DNA of 63,840 nt, counting the filler, from Lenisia limosa (lineage: Eukaryota > Protista > Breviatea): assembly GCA_001655205.1 (NCBI GenBank). It is 11 parts of 11 records of this genome, joined end to end, with 100 filler letters (N's around TTAATTAATTAA, not from the genome) between each part and the next. Parts side by side here need not be neighbours in the genome. Positions count along the whole stretch, not along the records: positions 57,622 to 61,918 come from LPNZ01003741.1; positions 62,019 to 63,840 come from LPNZ01007589.1; 9 more parts are not named here. One strand, written 5' to 3'. Made by a program: the position numbers and the translations under genes. The notes under the pieces are model-generated. The model saw nothing but the letters and a program-made list of their open reading frames with translations, was not told the origin of the DNA and did no database searches. Shown here in pieces: positions 60,601 through 63,840 of this stretch. The stretch's first letter is position 1. Each line of letters begins with the position of its first letter.

Positions 60601-61400
60601 AAGAGATTTCCGTAGAACGCGTTGTCTCCTCAGAGGGCCTTACCGCCTCCATCTCTGCTGAATACCTGCCAAACTACAATCTCAGGAATCCTAATTCCCT
60701 AAGTCTTCCTTGCTTTGTTTCTCTGAAAGCTAATTTGATAACAGTAGTTGCACGTGTAAATGATCAATTGAATTTGTTTCTTTTCTCGCCAAAATATCAT
60801 TGAAAAACGCGTGTAGTAGTGTAATAAGTTGACATTAGCATAGTTATAGATCTTGGTATTATAAGGGCAATTCACAATGAAGGTTTACAAAACTTCCGAT
60901 ATCTTGAAACTCAAGAAGCCCACAGAAGGTAGTACCCACTGAAATAACTTGATTTCTTATTGCTTTATAGAATATTTGGTCCCGCTCAGTGCAAACACTT
61001 ATGGTATCTTCTTCCACTATTTCAGAATTAGAGGTTTGTGAGGCCAAGGGATCTGAAAATGAGCCATTCGCATGCCTACAAATGGAAAAATTCTTATATG
61101 ACCTCATCGAAACAGCATTTTGAAATGAAAAGAGTGATTAAGGGTGATTTCCCTGTTTCCTTCCCCTCTGACTTCCTTCTCCTTGCATCTTATTTGAAAT
61201 GGGTTACTTTTTTTTGGCCCTCTATCAGAATTGTGTCTGATTTGATAATGATTTTGTAACAGAGTTCAATTGATATTTGGCAGACATGGACACGAATGAG
61301 ACGCTGTTTGAAGTGGATGTGCCTTGTCCGGAAAATATGACATTCCCGCAATTGGCAGATGTCTGTATCGCTGCGGGCTCTGATGACTGCAGGTGAGAAG
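57622..61400 (-). CDS. Putative multi-exon protein with acidic low-complexity segments (fragment)
   Basis: Exons such as QAEEPDAATATEETENAVEDVEVPEDEETSSDDEIDE and ESAPVISEPENAQTEPEN; family not recognised, frames of several exons ambiguous. Confidence 0.4.
58533..58660 (+). repeat. Element X copy
   Basis: AATAAGGTTGCATCTGGCCGAAGCCGTCCACTCCATCACGC...TTCGCCTTACAACTCTG..GCAGCTTTCTGCG. Confidence 0.9.
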
Positions 61401-62018
61401 TGTTCTCATATTGGTAGCCATGATGATAATGCTACTTTTGATGAAGGTGGTGGTAGTGGTTGATGATGATGGTTTTAAATACTACTAATGGTGATGACGA
61501 TGATGCCGTTTCTGATGATGGTGGGGCTTAGAGGTACTTGTAGACTGATTATGATGATAATGGTGATGCAAGATGAGTTATTTTAGTGATTATGATAATA
61601 AGGAAGATGAGTATGAAGGATTGCGTTTGTGATTGATGGTGGTGAACGTTCAGAGATAGCTTCTTTTGGGCAAAACGCATACCTTTATTCAAATCATCAT
61701 TCTTCATTATATCACCAACTGAAACTACAGACACATTCAATACGACTTTGGTGAAAAGTTCCTGGCGCGTAAGAACATTGGAACAAGGTATGCTGAATGT
61801 TGATATCTGTCAAAATGAAATTATCTTCTCTTATCGGCAACTCTGTCTAGACATGTAGTAGAGAGGTGATGGGTAAATATATCGACAACATTTTCTATAA
61901 CCTCTCAGTATTTTTATCNNNNNNNNNNNNNNNNNNNNNNNNNNNNNNNNNNNNNNNNNNNNTTAATTAATTAANNNNNNNNNNNNNNNNNNNNNNNNNN
62001 NNNNNNNNNNNNNNNNNN

Positions 62019-63840
62019 GTCTCCTGGTCCGGGTGTGGATTCCTTCTACGACAAAGCTCAGTCCGCTCAGGCAGAACTCTTCGAAGGTACTGGGGGATTA
62101 ATCCGATCCAAATGTGGAGTTTCTCTACAAGGGATTGAATTCACCCTTCAGAGCTTGACGAGTATTTGGTGTCAATCAAGAAGACTTTAGGAATTAGTAA
62201 TGTGGCCTATAAGTATGAGGGTTTACAGTGATATTATTCGAAAATGTAACGAGAGAAGTGTAAACGTAGTGACCGGGATAAGTCAACCTATTTCCTTGAG
62301 AAATCATAGATAATGGGTCAAGACTTATCCGGTCACTGTATATTATTTGATGCAGCATGCCTTATTCCGTTACCCGTTGCCCCCCCCCCCCNNNNNNNNN
62401 NNNNNNNNNNNNNNNNNNNNNNNNNNNNNNNNNNNNNNNNNNNNNNNNNNNNNNNNNNNNNNNNNNNNNNNNNNNNNNNNNNNNNNNNNNNNNNGCGATT
62501 TATTCACAAGGCGGCGTATCAGGCAAATTAACGTTAAAGGGACGTCATGAAGGACAAATTCCAGTTGGAGATTCCTGCAAGAGTCGTAGACACTATCGAT
62601 GTGAGTGGGGGGTGAAATTTCAGAAATGGAAGAGAAATGAGATATCATAACACTGGAAAATCATATTGGGCTCCTGGCGACTCCACTGGTAAAATTCACA
62701 TCNNNNNNNNNNNNNNNNNNNNNNNNNNNNNNNNNNNNNNNNNNNNNNNNNNNNNNNNNNNNNNNNNNNNNNNNNNNNNNNNNNNNNNNNNNNNNNNNNN
62801 NNNNNNNNNNNNNNNNNNNNNNNNNNNNNNNNNNNNNNNNNNNNNNNNNNNNNNNNACAGGATTAAGGTCAGTTGAGCTCATTTGGAATTCCCTCAAGCT
62901 TCACCAACATCTTCAGGTTCCCTCAAGCTTCATTTCAATGCAGCGCAATAAGACAGTCGGCCGATTCTGGACCCCTTTCCTCAGAGACAAGCAGAAGGCG
63001 ATTAAACAGGTTCGGGGTTACTGGGCTGGAGGAGAGCTCGCTCGCTTTTTCTCTGGGAAGGATACCCTATGGACAGATGAACCTCTTACGGTGTAGTGTG
63101 AAGAGGACCTCGAGGAGGCGCAAAGCGGGTTTATCAGCCGTCTCATGCTTAGGTTGGCAGCGGGGGAATTGGCAGCTTGATCGCAGCGTTATGTATTGGA
63201 TTGGTGTAGAGTACGAAATACTGAATGGGATCTGGGTAGGATGTTACAAAAGGTCTCATTATCTCTACTAATACCAACGATACCTCCTCCATCGTTTTTG
63301 AGTCAAAGGCCTGGACTCTTATTGGTTCAGGTTTAGTGAAAGTGACGACGACTTCCGCGAATGGTCCGATGCGTTTGCGACTGTAGGCAATTGTTCACCG
63401 TTGATGCCTTTAGATTGATGCACTCTGCTCTTTAGCCGAGGTGTCTCGAGGCGGTGATGGAGCCATGTGCAAGCCTGAGCTCGTGACTCCCACAGGTAAG
63501 TACCGCCTTTCTTTTGGATCGGAGGGCTTTTTACCTCCCCCTCATTATGTTGCTTTTTTGTTGTTGAATCAAAAAAAGAACAATATCTGGGAGGAGAGAG
63601 CCGTGTTTACACCGATTCCAGTTGCTGGGTGTTTTGAGTAGATTTGGGGCAGCTGGTCGCGGATACTTTTTGTTTCCTTATCACAGTTTATCTGTCCCCT
63701 CTGATTTTGACTTCCTTGAGAGCCTTCCAAGGGCTTTCACAGCTCTAAACCGCTAATGACCCTTTAGACAACCTGCCAGTTCTTGATTTGACGGAGGCCC
63801 GTCACCCAACTGCTTCGCTCATCAATTCAAACTTCATCCC
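62019..63840 (+). CDS. MSH6: MutS homolog MSH6, internal fragment
   Basis: KDKFQLEIP; GRFWTPFL; AEVSRGGDGAMCKP (cf. human ANYSRGGDGPMCRP); LDLTEARHP..NSNFIP leading into the MutS ATPase domain. Confidence 0.88.
62267..62338. mobile_element. Tc1/mariner-type MITE (diverged), MSH6 intron
   Basis: TAGTGACCGGGATAAGTC...GGTCAAGACTTATCCGGTCACTG|TA. Confidence 0.85.

Overview
This window is not one contiguous locus. It is 11 unrelated scaffolds joined by artificial 100-bp spacers (N-run + TTAATTAATTAA + N-run) at 9200, 22678, 23960, 28851, 30938, 36255, 39398, 55912, 57522 and 61919. Ten scaffolds come from an intron-rich unicellular eukaryote; an amoebozoan is my low-confidence guess. By manual exon reading they encode FNIP/Lst4, NAT10, CLN5, EXOSC5/RRP46, ORC1, TOP2, a cyclic-nucleotide PDE, VPS36, an ankyrin protein, a C2H2 zinc-finger protein, a DEDD 3'-5' exonuclease, a large WD40 protein, a RasGEF, an FG-GAP propeller protein and MSH6. 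Their introns carry three small-element families: a hAT-type MITE (8-bp TSD), a Tc1/mariner-type MITE (TA TSD, proven by an empty paralogous site), and an abundant unclassified ~130-bp structured element ('element X', about 11 copies). One scaffold (28951-30937) is bacterial and Bacteroidota-like. It is a gene-cassette array: two promoterless ORFs (a lipoprotein and a HEPN-like/Zn-ribbon protein) separated by ~135-bp attC-like palindromes whose core sites follow the integron cassette rule. The two strongest leads are this cassette array and element X. All exon structures and protein assignments are by eye and from recalled family motifs; no searches were run.
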